Shown here piece after piece: positions 19,429 to 27,467 of a stretch of 64,000 nucleotides of DNA (the first letter of the stretch is position 1; every line of letters begins with the position of its first letter). The position numbers and the translations under genes were made by a program. The notes under the pieces were generated by a model. That model saw only the letters and a program-made list of their open reading frames with translations. It was not told the origin of the DNA and ran no database searches. The stretch lies in the sequence record PV261925.1, one strand, 5' to 3'.

Positions 19429-19586
19429 TCTTCCTCCATCAAGGGGACAAAGAAGTCCAGGAGGTCTTCTACCTCTCCATACTTCTCTTTCATCTCTTGA
19501 TAGTAACTATAAAGTTGATATTCTAACATGTTACAGGTCTCTATCTCTTCTTCGAGAGACCTGATACAATCTTTAATTCTTGACAT
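19425..19586 (-). CDS. small acidic hypothetical protein (53 aa)
   Basis: Hand-translated MSRIKDCIRSLEEEIETCNMLEYQLY...; stop overlaps the HNH start. Confidence 0.55.
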   Translation of the reverse strand: MSRIKDCIRSLEEEIETCNMLEYQLYSYYQEMKEKYGEVEDLLDFFVPLMEEE

Positions 19587-19719
19587 AAAAATAATCCATA
19601 ATAGGTTTCTAAGTCGGGGAGACTTATACTATGTATTATAGATTAGATTTTACTATTTGTCTATATGGTTTATCCCTACGGGATAAAGTTACGAAGTAAC
19701 TTTTCTTTTAGTAATCTTT

Positions 19720-19777
19720 ATAGTAACCTTATCTTCCAGGACAAACCTAGTCTACACATGGTTTGAGAAGTTGTCAA
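19720..19777 (-). promoter_or_regulatory. promoter + conserved leader element, copy A
   Basis: TTGACA-N17-TAGACT-AGGTTTGTCCTGGAAGATAAGGTTACT; near-identical to 30428-30485. Confidence 0.65.
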
Positions 19778-19882
19778 GAGGGACCAGGAGAGACTTATGG
19801 ATACTGTCTCCCCAGACTTTACCTATACCTCTCTCAGTCCCTCTCAGATGAGTTTAGAGACATCCCAGGTCTATACAGTTCG

Positions 19883-20218
19883 TCAGAGACTTTCGTCAAG
19901 GTGTTTCCTCATGTTGTCGATGATGTTGGTCATGTTACTGAAGACGTATGTCAGGTCCACGTCAGCAGGGAATCCGAGTTGACGTGCAGAAGCCATGATA
20001 CTCTCCTTCATCATCTGAGCTTCGGGATCATCAGATAAGCTCAGACGAGTGTAGAGAACCTGTTGTTTCTTTAACAGACTCTCTAACATTTCAACATGTT
20101 CCAACTTATCTTTGTTGGTCATTGATGCGAACGCAAACACGTTCTTATAGATCTCTTCTTGTAATTCGGAGATCTCTTTCATTTCCGTTTGAACTATTTC
20201 TGATTGAAAGAAACTCAT
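19883..20218 (-). CDS. conserved cyanophage hypothetical protein (DUF1825-like)
   Basis: MSFFQSEIVQ.EM.EI.ELQEEIY...RLSLSDDPEA. Confidence 0.7.
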   Translation of the reverse strand: MSFFQSEIVQTEMKEISELQEEIYKNVFAFASMTNKDKLEHVEMLESLLKKQQVLYTRLSLSDDPEAQMMKESIMASARQLGFPADVDLTYVFSNMTNIIDNMRKHLDESL

Positions 20219-20379
20219 TCTACTTCTGCTTCTTGATTGTTAGACTCTTCGATCTGTTCCAGAACGTCAATGGCACCGAGGATCTTAAGATACATCTCTC
20301 GTCCACCATCGATTTGTTGTTCGAGTTCAGCCTTTTGCTTTCTCAGATTTTCAAGCACGGTAGCATTATCAAGAGCCAT
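20215..20379 (-). CDS. small coiled-coil hypothetical protein (54 aa)
   Basis: Hand-translated MALDNATVLENLRKQKAELEQQ...LKILGAIDVLEQIE; fills the gap between gp59 and 19883-20218. Confidence 0.65.
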   Translation of the reverse strand: MALDNATVLENLRKQKAELEQQIDGGREMYLKILGAIDVLEQIEESNNQEAEVE

Positions 20380-20980
20380 TGATTATTACCTCCTTGAGGA
20401 TAGATCTAAATTTAAATACATCAATATGTATAAAGGAATCATACTTATCAATTCTCATCGATAAGAACTTCCACACAGGGTCATCCAGTTTACTATCGAA
20501 TTGTTTTTTGAATCCTAAGATCTTATTTAAGATCACTAAAGACTCAAGGGAAAGGTTCTTTCCCAGGTGTTCTTTGATGAGTTGAGGGTGACGAGTTCCC
20601 TCAATCTTGAACATCTCATCAAAGTTTTTACCAGAAAAAACATTCTCTACTTCTGATTTGAACGTATAAGATAGAGACTGAAGACGTTTTTTCCAATCGG
20701 TGTAGTTCTGTTCACCGTTCCTGACGATCTCACCAATCCACAGAGACTGAGGATCATCACAAGACACAAAATTACTGACAAAGAATTCAATAACTTCACT
20801 ATCATCTTTCTGCCGACTCAATTTTTCAAAAAAGAACCTGTCTTTACGTTTGTAAAAGGACTCTAATGATGCACGAGACTTACCACCATAACGATGGTAA
20901 TCATATTTTTCTTTTGTAAAGTGATTTTTCAATCCAAGATAACTCTTGTAAGTGTCGAAGGGTGTCACTTTAGGTATCAT
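20369..20980 (-). CDS. gp59: loader of gp41 DNA helicase gp59
   Basis: YLGLKNHFTKEKYDYHRYGGKSRAS.ESFYKRKDRFFFEKLSR. Confidence 0.85.
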   Translation of the reverse strand: MIPKVTPFDTYKSYLGLKNHFTKEKYDYHRYGGKSRASLESFYKRKDRFFFEKLSRQKDDSEVIEFFVSNFVSCDDPQSLWIGEIVRNGEQNYTDWKKRLQSLSYTFKSEVENVFSGKNFDEMFKIEGTRHPQLIKEHLGKNLSLESLVILNKILGFKKQFDSKLDDPVWKFLSMRIDKYDSFIHIDVFKFRSILKEVIINGS

Positions 20981-21246
20981 AAAGGTAGTTTCGCATGAGA
21001 TGTACGTTTCAATAGGTTGAGTTCCATAGCCTCAGCCTTAAGTTTTTCCTTCAAAGGTTTGGATATTAACTTAGGAATAGACTCAATGTCAATATTATTA
21101 CTCTCACAAAAGAAAACAATTGAGTCCATGTACTTCATGTCCTTGTTCTCTTTTGCAATCTTCTCAATCTCCTCCGAGAAAGTTCTACTATTATAGAACT
21201 TCTTTTCGATGAGTTGATCAACACTGAGTTCTTCAGATTTAGGCAT
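20977..21246 (-). CDS. gp33: late promoter transcription coactivator gp33
   Basis: FSEEIEKIA...YMDSIVFFCESNNIDIESIPKLISKPLKEKLKAEAMELN; start moved to MPKSEE. Confidence 0.85.
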   Translation of the reverse strand: MPKSEELSVDQLIEKKFYNSRTFSEEIEKIAKENKDMKYMDSIVFFCESNNIDIESIPKLISKPLKEKLKAEAMELNLLKRTSHAKLPL

Positions 21247-21904
21247 GTTGCTGTAGTTTGAATTCAACAAACTCGCTAATATATTCTGCGAGAAGGTTGA
21301 TGTACTTTCTCTTATCATACTGTTCATAGACTTCAACTTCTCCATTTTCACAAGACATAATGATGACAAATTTTTTGACCATAATACCAGTCATTTCATA
21401 GAGCATACAAGCATAGGCTGCACACTGTACATAATAATGTTCGATCCACTTTTCTGGTTTTGGTTTCTTACTTGTCTTGAAGTCAATGACAGCAAGTTCT
21501 CCATCATACTCAGCAATACAATCGACTGTTCCTGCAACACCTAACTCTTTACTATAAAGAGCCTGTTCGATTGCATGAATGTTGTCAATTTTGTCTAGAT
21601 CAGGTTTGGCTTGTTTAAAAAGGAACTCTGACAATGGTTGCACTGTCGGAAGTTCCTTATTCAACATATAGTTTTCAACCAGTGTGTGCATGTCAGTTCC
21701 ACGACTGGTTGCTGCCTTTGTGATCTTGTTTGCTTCTTCAACACCAACCCTTTTTCTCCACTTAGTGAAGATTTCTCGATTGTAGTGACTAATAATCGAT
21801 GTGATGGAAACTAATTTTTGTCCATCTGGAGTATCATAATACCTTACACCGTCAATCATCTCTCTATCGAGAGTTGGATAATCAATTTCAATGTGATTAA
21901 ACAT
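21239..21904 (-). CDS. PD-(D/E)XK exonuclease
   Basis: SITSII...ATSRGTDMH...GVAGTVDCIAEYDGELAVIDFKTS...YYVQCAAYA. Confidence 0.85.
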   Translation of the reverse strand: MFNHIEIDYPTLDREMIDGVRYYDTPDGQKLVSITSIISHYNREIFTKWRKRVGVEEANKITKAATSRGTDMHTLVENYMLNKELPTVQPLSEFLFKQAKPDLDKIDNIHAIEQALYSKELGVAGTVDCIAEYDGELAVIDFKTSKKPKPEKWIEHYYVQCAAYACMLYEMTGIMVKKFVIIMSCENGEVEVYEQYDKRKYINLLAEYISEFVEFKLQQHA

Positions 21905-22668
21905 TACATACCGAGTTCAAGTTTAGCAATGATGTACTCTTTAACAAGACCACTTCTACAGATATCTTCTGCATTGAATTCAATTGTATCAAAGGATGGC
22001 ATATTAGTCAAGATACGCATGAAGTCTGCGATACCATTCCTCTCATTCTGTTTGGTCAAATCGGACTGAGTTGCATCACCACAGAACATGATCTTAGAAT
22101 TCTCACCGATACGAGTGATCATTGAATCAAGTTCATGGAAGTTCAGGTTCTGGAACTCATCAACAATCACAATCACATTATCCAATGTGGTACCACGAAT
22201 GAATGATGTGGACCAGAAAGAAATAGTTCCCTGTGCCTTAAGATTGTTATACAACATCTCAAAGGATGCATCATCAGGCATCTCGAACATGTACTTGACC
22301 ATGTTCTTGTATGGAATCTGATACAAAGAAGACTTGTCCTCATGGTCACCAGGAAGGAAACCAATCTCTCTGGTCGGTACAAGAGACCTGACGATGTAGA
22401 TCTTCTCGTAGGGTGACTTGGGGTCTAAGACATCCAGAAGGGCGTTGTAGAGGGTGATAAAGGTCTTACCTGTACCAGCACACCCGTAGGCAACTAAGTT
22501 CTGTTGTTCCTTATACTTCTCAAAGAAAACTTCTTGGTTCTCTGTGATTGGTTCTACCTTCTTGATATAGTCAAGATTGATTGGTTTCTTTCTCTTCATT
22601 ACCCTATTGCTCATACCAAATGGAACTGGGTTAGTAGTTCCGACACCTGTCTTTTTCTTTGCCGGCAT
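21904..22668 (-). CDS. phoH: PhoH-like ATPase
   Basis: GCAGTGKT Walker A, IGFLPG, RGTTLDN..VIVDEFQN, GDATQSD; start moved to MPAKKK. Confidence 0.93.
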   Translation of the reverse strand: MPAKKKTGVGTTNPVPFGMSNRVMKRKKPINLDYIKKVEPITENQEVFFEKYKEQQNLVAYGCAGTGKTFITLYNALLDVLDPKSPYEKIYIVRSLVPTREIGFLPGDHEDKSSLYQIPYKNMVKYMFEMPDDASFEMLYNNLKAQGTISFWSTSFIRGTTLDNVIVIVDEFQNLNFHELDSMITRIGENSKIMFCGDATQSDLTKQNERNGIADFMRILTNMPSFDTIEFNAEDICRSGLVKEYIIAKLELGM

Positions 22669-22672
22669 AAAA

Positions 22673-22924
22673 TTAATCGTAGTGTTTGAGTGTTGAACCT
22701 GGTTGTTTCTTGGCTGCGCCAATTACATCTTTCCAACCTGGATGTTTGGTGTAGATCTTATTAAATGGATCACCCATTTCAACACCCAAACAAGGAGCGT
22801 TGTCGGGGGTATAAAAACGTTCCCAGTCGGGATTGTCCTCACGCCATTGATCCCATGCATGAATACTCATCTGGATCTCTTTCTCTTCACCAGTCTTCTT
22901 ATTTCTTACTGGATACGTTGCCAA
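22673..22924 (-). CDS. conserved T4-like hypothetical protein (FmdB-like neighbour of phoH)
   Basis: MATYPVRNKKTGE.KEI.MSI..WDQW..DNPDWER. Confidence 0.65.
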   Translation of the reverse strand: MATYPVRNKKTGEEKEIQMSIHAWDQWREDNPDWERFYTPDNAPCLGVEMGDPFNKIYTKHPGWKDVIGAAKKQPGSTLKHYD

Positions 22925-22954
22925 CTTATTTCTCCATTGTAATGTGTATATTTA

Positions 22955-23590
22955 TTACCACTCCAGAGCCTCTGAAATGACAGGGAATTGCTCCTTGAAG
23001 ATCTCCTTACAAGAGTTTGCAATGTCCATGTGTTCCTTCTGTGTACCATTGGCAGACCGAAGATCGATGTAATGAATCCAACTGCGAATTGAACCAGTCA
23101 TATACATTTTGGTTGGTGTTGCCAACGGCAATACAAAGCGAGCACATTCTTTGGCGACTCCTGCTTCCAACATCTGATTGTAAAGATTATATGAGGAACT
23201 AAACAGAGTGACCATCTGACGTTCCAAACGGTCAACAACTTCAGGATCAAGATCGTCAATACTATTCTGACGATTCTTAACGTCTTGACGCCTCAGTTCG
23301 GGGAGTTCAATCTCAGTAGACAAGAGATTAGTACTTGCATATCGTTGAGAGAACTCTTGGAATGTAAACGAACGATGCCGCAAGACTTGAGCAGCAAGAC
23401 CACGGGTAGTCTCAATCTCAAGAGTCATGAATGCTTGTTCAAAAATACTCCAGTGTTGATGTTTGATACAATATCTTAGGAGACCAGCAAAGTTCTCATT
23501 GTCCTGATTGTTTGGGTTAGACACACGTGCACAGTATGCAATGTGTTGCTCAGCATCAGGAGTGACTGAGATTAGTTTCGCTTGATTCAT
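22955..23590 (-). CDS. thyX: FAD-dependent thymidylate synthase
   Basis: HQHWSIFE, RHRSFTFQEFSQRY, ARFVLP, LRSANGTQKEH. Confidence 0.95.
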   Translation of the reverse strand: MNQAKLISVTPDAEQHIAYCARVSNPNNQDNENFAGLLRYCIKHQHWSIFEQAFMTLEIETTRGLAAQVLRHRSFTFQEFSQRYASTNLLSTEIELPELRRQDVKNRQNSIDDLDPEVVDRLERQMVTLFSSSYNLYNQMLEAGVAKECARFVLPLATPTKMYMTGSIRSWIHYIDLRSANGTQKEHMDIANSCKEIFKEQFPVISEALEW

Positions 23591-23711
23591 GTTTCTTTTG
23601 TGACTTTTGTTGTTTACGTTCCTTCTTTACCCTTTGTACATAAAGTCTCTCACCTTCTGTGAAAAGTTCTGGGTGTTTAAGGATGTACTTGATTGCTTTC
23701 TTTGTTTTCAT
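23556..23711 (-). CDS. small basic hypothetical protein
   Basis: MKTKKAIKYILKHPELFTEGE...; ORF track with adjusted start. Confidence 0.55.
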   Translation of the reverse strand: MKTKKAIKYILKHPELFTEGERLYVQRVKKERKQQKSQKKHESSETNLSHS

Positions 23712-23919
23712 GATTGAAGTATGCGTTGAAATATGCAACGATTCCATTACTTAACTTGTTCCCCTGAGAGATCCAAGTGTCAACACACTCATAGATATCT
23801 TTTGTTGAATATGATGTTTTGTCTATACGACCACTACCATATCTATTTAACAAAACTTTAAGACATTGTTCACGGAGTTTCATTCTCTCCTCCGTGTACC
23901 TCCAATCCTCATTCGTCAT
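23677..23919 (-). CDS. hypothetical protein
   Basis: MTNEDWRYTEERMKLRE...IYECVDTWISQG; ORF track with adjusted start. Confidence 0.6.
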   Translation of the reverse strand: MTNEDWRYTEERMKLREQCLKVLLNRYGSGRIDKTSYSTKDIYECVDTWISQGNKLSNGIVAYFNAYFNHENKESNQVHP

Positions 23920-24151
23920 CTTCGAATACCTCATCGTAGTCAGGGAGTGGAGGAAGTCTTTCCTCCGTCTTTACGTATGCACCAGGATCAGAATACACCT
24001 CCGATTCCAATGCGTCAAGTAGAAGTCTGAGATTTCTGATGATTAATTTAAGATTGTCTTTTTCCATAAAAAAAGGGGACCTATGTCCCCAGTCTAACAG
24101 ATTATTGAACAAGTGACAAGTCACTTGACGTAAGTGCGTCCACGGTAGCAA
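23909..24151 (-). CDS. hypothetical protein (likely start MEKDNLKLIIRNL)
   Basis: ORF track; the N-terminal extension overlaps a terminator hairpin, so the true start is probably later. Confidence 0.55.
   Translation of the reverse strand: MLPWTHLRQVTCHLFNNLLDWGHRSPFFMEKDNLKLIIRNLRLLLDALESEVYSDPGAYVKTEERLPPLPDYDEVFEDDE
24066..24092 (-). terminator. rho-independent terminator after the DUF4278 gene
   Basis: GGGGAC-ATAG-GTCCCC followed by a T run on the minus strand. Confidence 0.7.
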
Positions 24152-24288
24152 AATGTTCCGTGGGTTTCATTTTTCTCTTCACAGTGTACATCATACTCAA
24201 CACCACGATATGCAGTGTGAGAAATCTGTGCGTCGTGAAGTGCAGATGCTTTGTTGATCTGCTTCTTGATCATGTTCAGTGTGTTCAT
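24121..24288 (-). CDS. DUF4278-family small protein (55 aa, two YRG motifs)
   Basis: Hand-translated MNTLNMIKKQINKASALHDAQISHTAYRGVEYDVHCEEKNETHGTFCYRGRTYVK; SD AGGAG. Confidence 0.8.
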   Translation of the reverse strand: MNTLNMIKKQINKASALHDAQISHTAYRGVEYDVHCEEKNETHGTFCYRGRTYVK

Positions 24289-24299
24289 GAGTTTACTCC

Positions 24300-24538
24300 T
24301 GAAATACTAGGGATTTTTACCCCGTTCCTTCAGTCGTGTGCGTCCCTGATACACCTCATTCCATGACTGCCGACAAGTTTTTTAAGAATTTGAGTCTTAG
24401 ACTTATCAGAAAGATATGGATCTTCCATAACCACATCTATAACTTCCTTCACCGACTCACAGGACATTGGATGTTCTGAAGCAGTTGCAGGAGTGAATAG
24501 AAGTAGAAGGAGTATGAAGTATTTCATGGGATGAACGA
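24300..24538 (-). ncRNA. Downstream-peptide (glutamine-II riboswitch)-like aptamer, split by an ORF in its P2 loop
   Basis: 5' half TCGTTCATCCC (24538-24528); 3' half GGGACGCACACGACTGAAGGAACGGGG...TTTCAG; P1 CGTTC/GAACG, P2 TCCC/GGGA, pseudoknot CTGAAG/TTTCAG next to the SD. Confidence 0.6.
24330..24527 (-). CDS. small secreted/membrane protein (65 aa, signal peptide, two Cys)
   Basis: MKYFILLLLLFTPATASEHPMSC...MRCIRDAHD. Confidence 0.7.
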   Translation of the reverse strand: MKYFILLLLLFTPATASEHPMSCESVKEVIDVVMEDPYLSDKSKTQILKKLVGSHGMRCIRDAHD

Positions 24539-25111
24539 TTAGAGTGATTTTTTCCAGCGACGAATAGAAGTATGAGATGTTTGATAAACTTCTGCAAGTT
24601 TTCTAATGGGTAAAGATAAAATAGATTCATCTTTACTTACATCTTTTAGAAAGTCATCATACATTTTACCTCTGGTATATGTTATGGATTTAGTAGTAGC
24701 GTATTCTTTTGGATTACGACTTCTACCTTTCCACCACCCAGAAGGAATGTCATTCTCATAAACTACTCGTTCATTTTTACCGTCAGTAATACGAACTTTA
24801 CCAAAACAGGGATTGCCTCTACCAATTCGTTCTCCCTGAGAACAGAAAGAAAATGAAGAAGATGTTTGCTTTGCCCTATTAGCAAAGTGAGGATTAGTAT
24901 CAACTTGATAAAACTCATGGAGTTTTACTTCCGCTTCAACTGCTTCCTCTCTCGTAGCATGTTCGGTAAGAATGATTTTAGAGGAAGGATTAAATGTTTT
25001 GTCTCCATAGGAACCAAAATAATTATCCTCCACTGGATTACACTCACATCCTCTGCTACCAATGTAGCCTCTCCCAAAGGGTTCGTAAGAGTAGTAAGTG
25101 TAATAAATCAT
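24539..25111 (-). mobile_element. free-standing GIY-YIG (Seg-like) homing endonuclease
   Basis: YYTYYSYE..GRGYIGSR...REEAVEAE...FAN; C-terminal NUMOD-like GKVRITDG...GWWKGR and HTH segments. Confidence 0.8.
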
Positions 25112-25125
25112 TCTAATTGCTTACG

Positions 25126-25170
25126 CTCCGTTCCGCGACTTACTTGCGTCCAGTTACCTGGATGAACGAC
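25126..25170 (-). ncRNA. glnA (glutamine-I riboswitch)-like aptamer
   Basis: GTCGTTCA-TCCAG-GTAA-CTGGA-CGCAAGTAAGTCGCG-GAACG: P1 CGTTC/GAACG, P2 hairpin, GCAAGTAA junction. Confidence 0.55.
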
Positions 25171-25176
25171 AGGTCT

Positions 25177-25205
25177 ATTATAGACCACTGTAGTTATTTA
25201 GTCAA
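25177..25205 (-). promoter_or_regulatory. sigma70-type promoter driving the riboswitch-like leader
   Basis: TTGACT-N17-TATAAT, ending 7 nt before the aptamer. Confidence 0.75.
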
Positions 25206-25392
25206 GGGGCCCGTACTCTTCGCCCTCTTTGATCAGTTGGGACACATAGTTTTCTGTCCCATCCATGGTCTTGACTTCGAAGATCGTGGACTTCTGATAC
25301 TTCTTGATCTTTTTATATTTTTTGACGAGGGCTTGAACCTGATCTTGGTTCATGTCCAAACCTTCGAACTTAATATCAAATCCGTTACTCAT
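25198..25392 (-). CDS. hypothetical protein (64 aa)
   Basis: ORF track; coupled to the upstream ORF. Confidence 0.65.
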   Translation of the reverse strand: MSNGFDIKFEGLDMNQDQVQALVKKYKKIKKYQKSTIFEVKTMDGTENYVSQLIKEGEEYGPLD

Positions 25393-25670
25393 TTTCTTTT
25401 CTTCTCGGACTTCTTATCACCACCCCAGAGTTTGGGATTGATTCGACCTTCAGTTTGTGTCATGTTCTTGAAATCACTACGGTAGTTATCCCAATAATGA
25501 TCAAAGATATCTACCTTCTTCTTTGAAGTTACAATATCAAACTTTGTCATACCATCTTGAAGATACTCAACAAGATAAGCTGTGTATGGGAGACTCTTGT
25601 CTTGTGCAAGTGATGGGTCACAATCCTGATGGAGAATTCTTATACTATCACTCAAGATCGACCACCCCAC
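25389..25670 (-). CDS. conserved cyanophage hypothetical protein
   Basis: IRILHQDCDPSLAQDKSLPYTAYLVEY...FDHYWDNY...TEGRINPKLW. Confidence 0.7.
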   Translation of the reverse strand: MGWSILSDSIRILHQDCDPSLAQDKSLPYTAYLVEYLQDGMTKFDIVTSKKKVDIFDHYWDNYRSDFKNMTQTEGRINPKLWGGDKKSEKKRK

Positions 25671-26125
25671 TCAATATCGGGATAGGCTTTACGAACCACA
25701 TCATCAGTGATCTTGTACTGAGCACCAAGACGTTTGTCTTTTACAAGACACAAGATCGATGCTTCCTCAGGATGAAGACCTTCGAGCATTTGAATAAACA
25801 TAGACTCTCTACGTGTCTTAGAGAGACCGTCATTACCACCTTTTACAAAGTGATACAGATTCCTACACTCCTTACGAAGTGAGGTGTGATCGGTGCCAAG
25901 AGGTGCCTCATTCTTATTAAAAGGTACTTCACCCTCAGGGAGCATTGACAGAACACTGTCATCAAAGTTCCAAATCAGAATAGATGTGAGTGCATCACAT
26001 CGATGTTCTTGTAAGATTTCAATCTTTTTTGCTTTCGTTCTTTGTTTAGATACCAACTCAAGAATCTCATGAACAAATGGGTTGGGAGGTAATTTAGTTT
26101 TCACAGTGAAAGATTTAGTTGCCAT
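25652..26125 (-). CDS. conserved T4-like hypothetical protein
   Basis: LPPNPFVHEILELVSKQRTKAKKIEIL...RRESMFIQMLEGLHPEEA. Confidence 0.75.
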   Translation of the reverse strand: MATKSFTVKTKLPPNPFVHEILELVSKQRTKAKKIEILQEHRCDALTSILIWNFDDSVLSMLPEGEVPFNKNEAPLGTDHTSLRKECRNLYHFVKGGNDGLSKTRRESMFIQMLEGLHPEEASILCLVKDKRLGAQYKITDDVVRKAYPDIEWGGRS

Positions 26126-26164
26126 TGTATGTTCAATTTAGTTTAGAATATTTATTTGGTGGTG

Positions 26165-26386
26165 TCAATCTTCAGACTCAAAGTCCTCTAGGCTATTTTC
26201 AAACCTAACAGCTAAAACATCATCTGGAATAATTTGTCCATTTTCGTCAAACATCTCTGGATGTGTTGGAATAAATGTTGAATTCCTTTCGATTACATAT
26301 TCCTTTAAAAGATATCCAATCACTCCTCCCACCAAAAGGAACATGATTGAAATGACCGTGGACAATGTAAGTGTGACTGCTAACAT
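26165..26386 (-). CDS. small membrane protein
   Basis: N-terminal TM helix; HPEMFDENGQIIPD. Confidence 0.7.
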   Translation of the reverse strand: MLAVTLTLSTVISIMFLLVGGVIGYLLKEYVIERNSTFIPTHPEMFDENGQIIPDDVLAVRFENSLEDFESED

Positions 26387-26387
26387 C

Positions 26388-26624
26388 TTAGCTCTCCTTT
26401 TTTCTTATGTCAAACTGAATGTCTAAGAAAAAATGGAACTCTCTTCGAAGGAAGGAGACCATCTTTCCAAACTTTACTTGAAAAGTTTTAGGTGGTTCCC
26501 TCCTCTTTTTATTTCTGAGTAATAATTCAAATCCCCTATTCATCTTAGGAGACTCGTTGTCATTATTTAGAGACTCTTCGTTTTCTTCCAGGTCGTTTAT
26601 CATTTTTATACCTCTCTGCGTCAT
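26388..26624 (-). CDS. hypothetical protein (start uncertain)
   Basis: ORF track; fills the gap on the operon strand. Confidence 0.5.
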   Translation of the reverse strand: MTQRGIKMINDLEENEESLNNDNESPKMNRGFELLLRNKKRREPPKTFQVKFGKMVSFLRREFHFFLDIQFDIRKKES

Positions 26625-26913
26625 GAAGAATATTGGCGAGATAATTCTTAATCTTTCTTGCCTCTGGTTTACCTAGGTGACCGTAACCCTCACGTAATTG
26701 TTTGTGAACCTCGTCACTACCACCCTCCAGATACCCTTCAAGGTCCAACACAAGGTTCTTTACCTCAGTGGCAGTACAACTCATCAGGAACTCCTCTACG
26801 ACAGTTCTAGAGACCTTACTGTCTTTGAGATATGCATACATGTCAAGCATATATTTACCTTCGAAGACGTAATCAATTGTCTTCTCTACTACTTCGTATA
26901 GTTCCTCTACCAT
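26563..26913 (-). CDS. conserved cyanophage hypothetical protein
   Basis: LREGYGHLGKPEARKIKNYL. Confidence 0.7.
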   Translation of the reverse strand: MVEELYEVVEKTIDYVFEGKYMLDMYAYLKDSKVSRTVVEEFLMSCTATEVKNLVLDLEGYLEGGSDEVHKQLREGYGHLGKPEARKIKNYLANILHDAERYKNDKRPGRKRRVSK

Positions 26914-27152
26914 TACACCAACTTATTCTCCTTCAAATATTTAACAGTTTCCATGCATCCACCAATAGTTTTACCATCAACTGATACCTGAGGGAAGGTA
27001 GAACCTTGTCCAAAGTCAGCATAAAATTGATTTTTATCAAAGTCTCTACCCAATTTGAGTTCAACATACTGAAGTTCAGCAAGTTGTAATGCAGAAACTA
27101 CCTTGGTGCAATAAGGACAACCGTTCTTTGAGTAAACAGTGAAGACTTTCAT
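26913..27152 (-). CDS. nrdC: glutaredoxin
   Basis: YSKNGCPYC...TFPQV..DGKTIGG. Confidence 0.9.
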   Translation of the reverse strand: MKVFTVYSKNGCPYCTKVVSALQLAELQYVELKLGRDFDKNQFYADFGQGSTFPQVSVDGKTIGGCMETVKYLKENKLV

Positions 27153-27236
27153 AGTAAAATTAATAGTGGGATTGAGATAGTTAGAATTGCTATTAGGAAA
27201 CCCCCTGCCATATTTAACAGGGGGCGTGTACTGTGT

Positions 27237-27404
27237 TCAGTCATCTTTCTTTTTACGTTTACCCGTGATCTTATCGTAGTCATACTTCATAGCCATAACG
27301 AGCCATGATGATGACAACGAATCTGGACCATGATCGAGAAGATATATCTGACGTTCAGATAACTTCTTCATCTTCTTGTACTCTTCTCGCCAAGTATTAT
27401 CCAT
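27237..27404 (-). CDS. small hypothetical protein (55 aa)
   Basis: Hand-translated MDNTWREEYKKMKKLSERQIYLLDHGPDSLSSSWLVMAMKYDY. Confidence 0.6.
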   Translation of the reverse strand: MDNTWREEYKKMKKLSERQIYLLDHGPDSLSSSWLVMAMKYDYDKITGKRKKKDD

Positions 27405-27416
27405 GTATATATCTAG

Positions 27417-27442
27417 ACAAAAAAAGAGGGGTTGACCCCTCT
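27417..27442 (-). terminator. terminator after psbD
   Basis: AGAGGGG-TCAA-CCCCTCT followed by a T7 run. Confidence 0.7.
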
Positions 27443-27467
27443 ATAGTATCACGTTGTCAAGTTCTTG

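Noticed and set aside
24121-24288. Apparent frameshift in the DUF4278 gene at an A-run
   Set aside because: Recounting the run (GAG AAA AAT GAA) gives an intact frame ending CYRGRTYVK-stop
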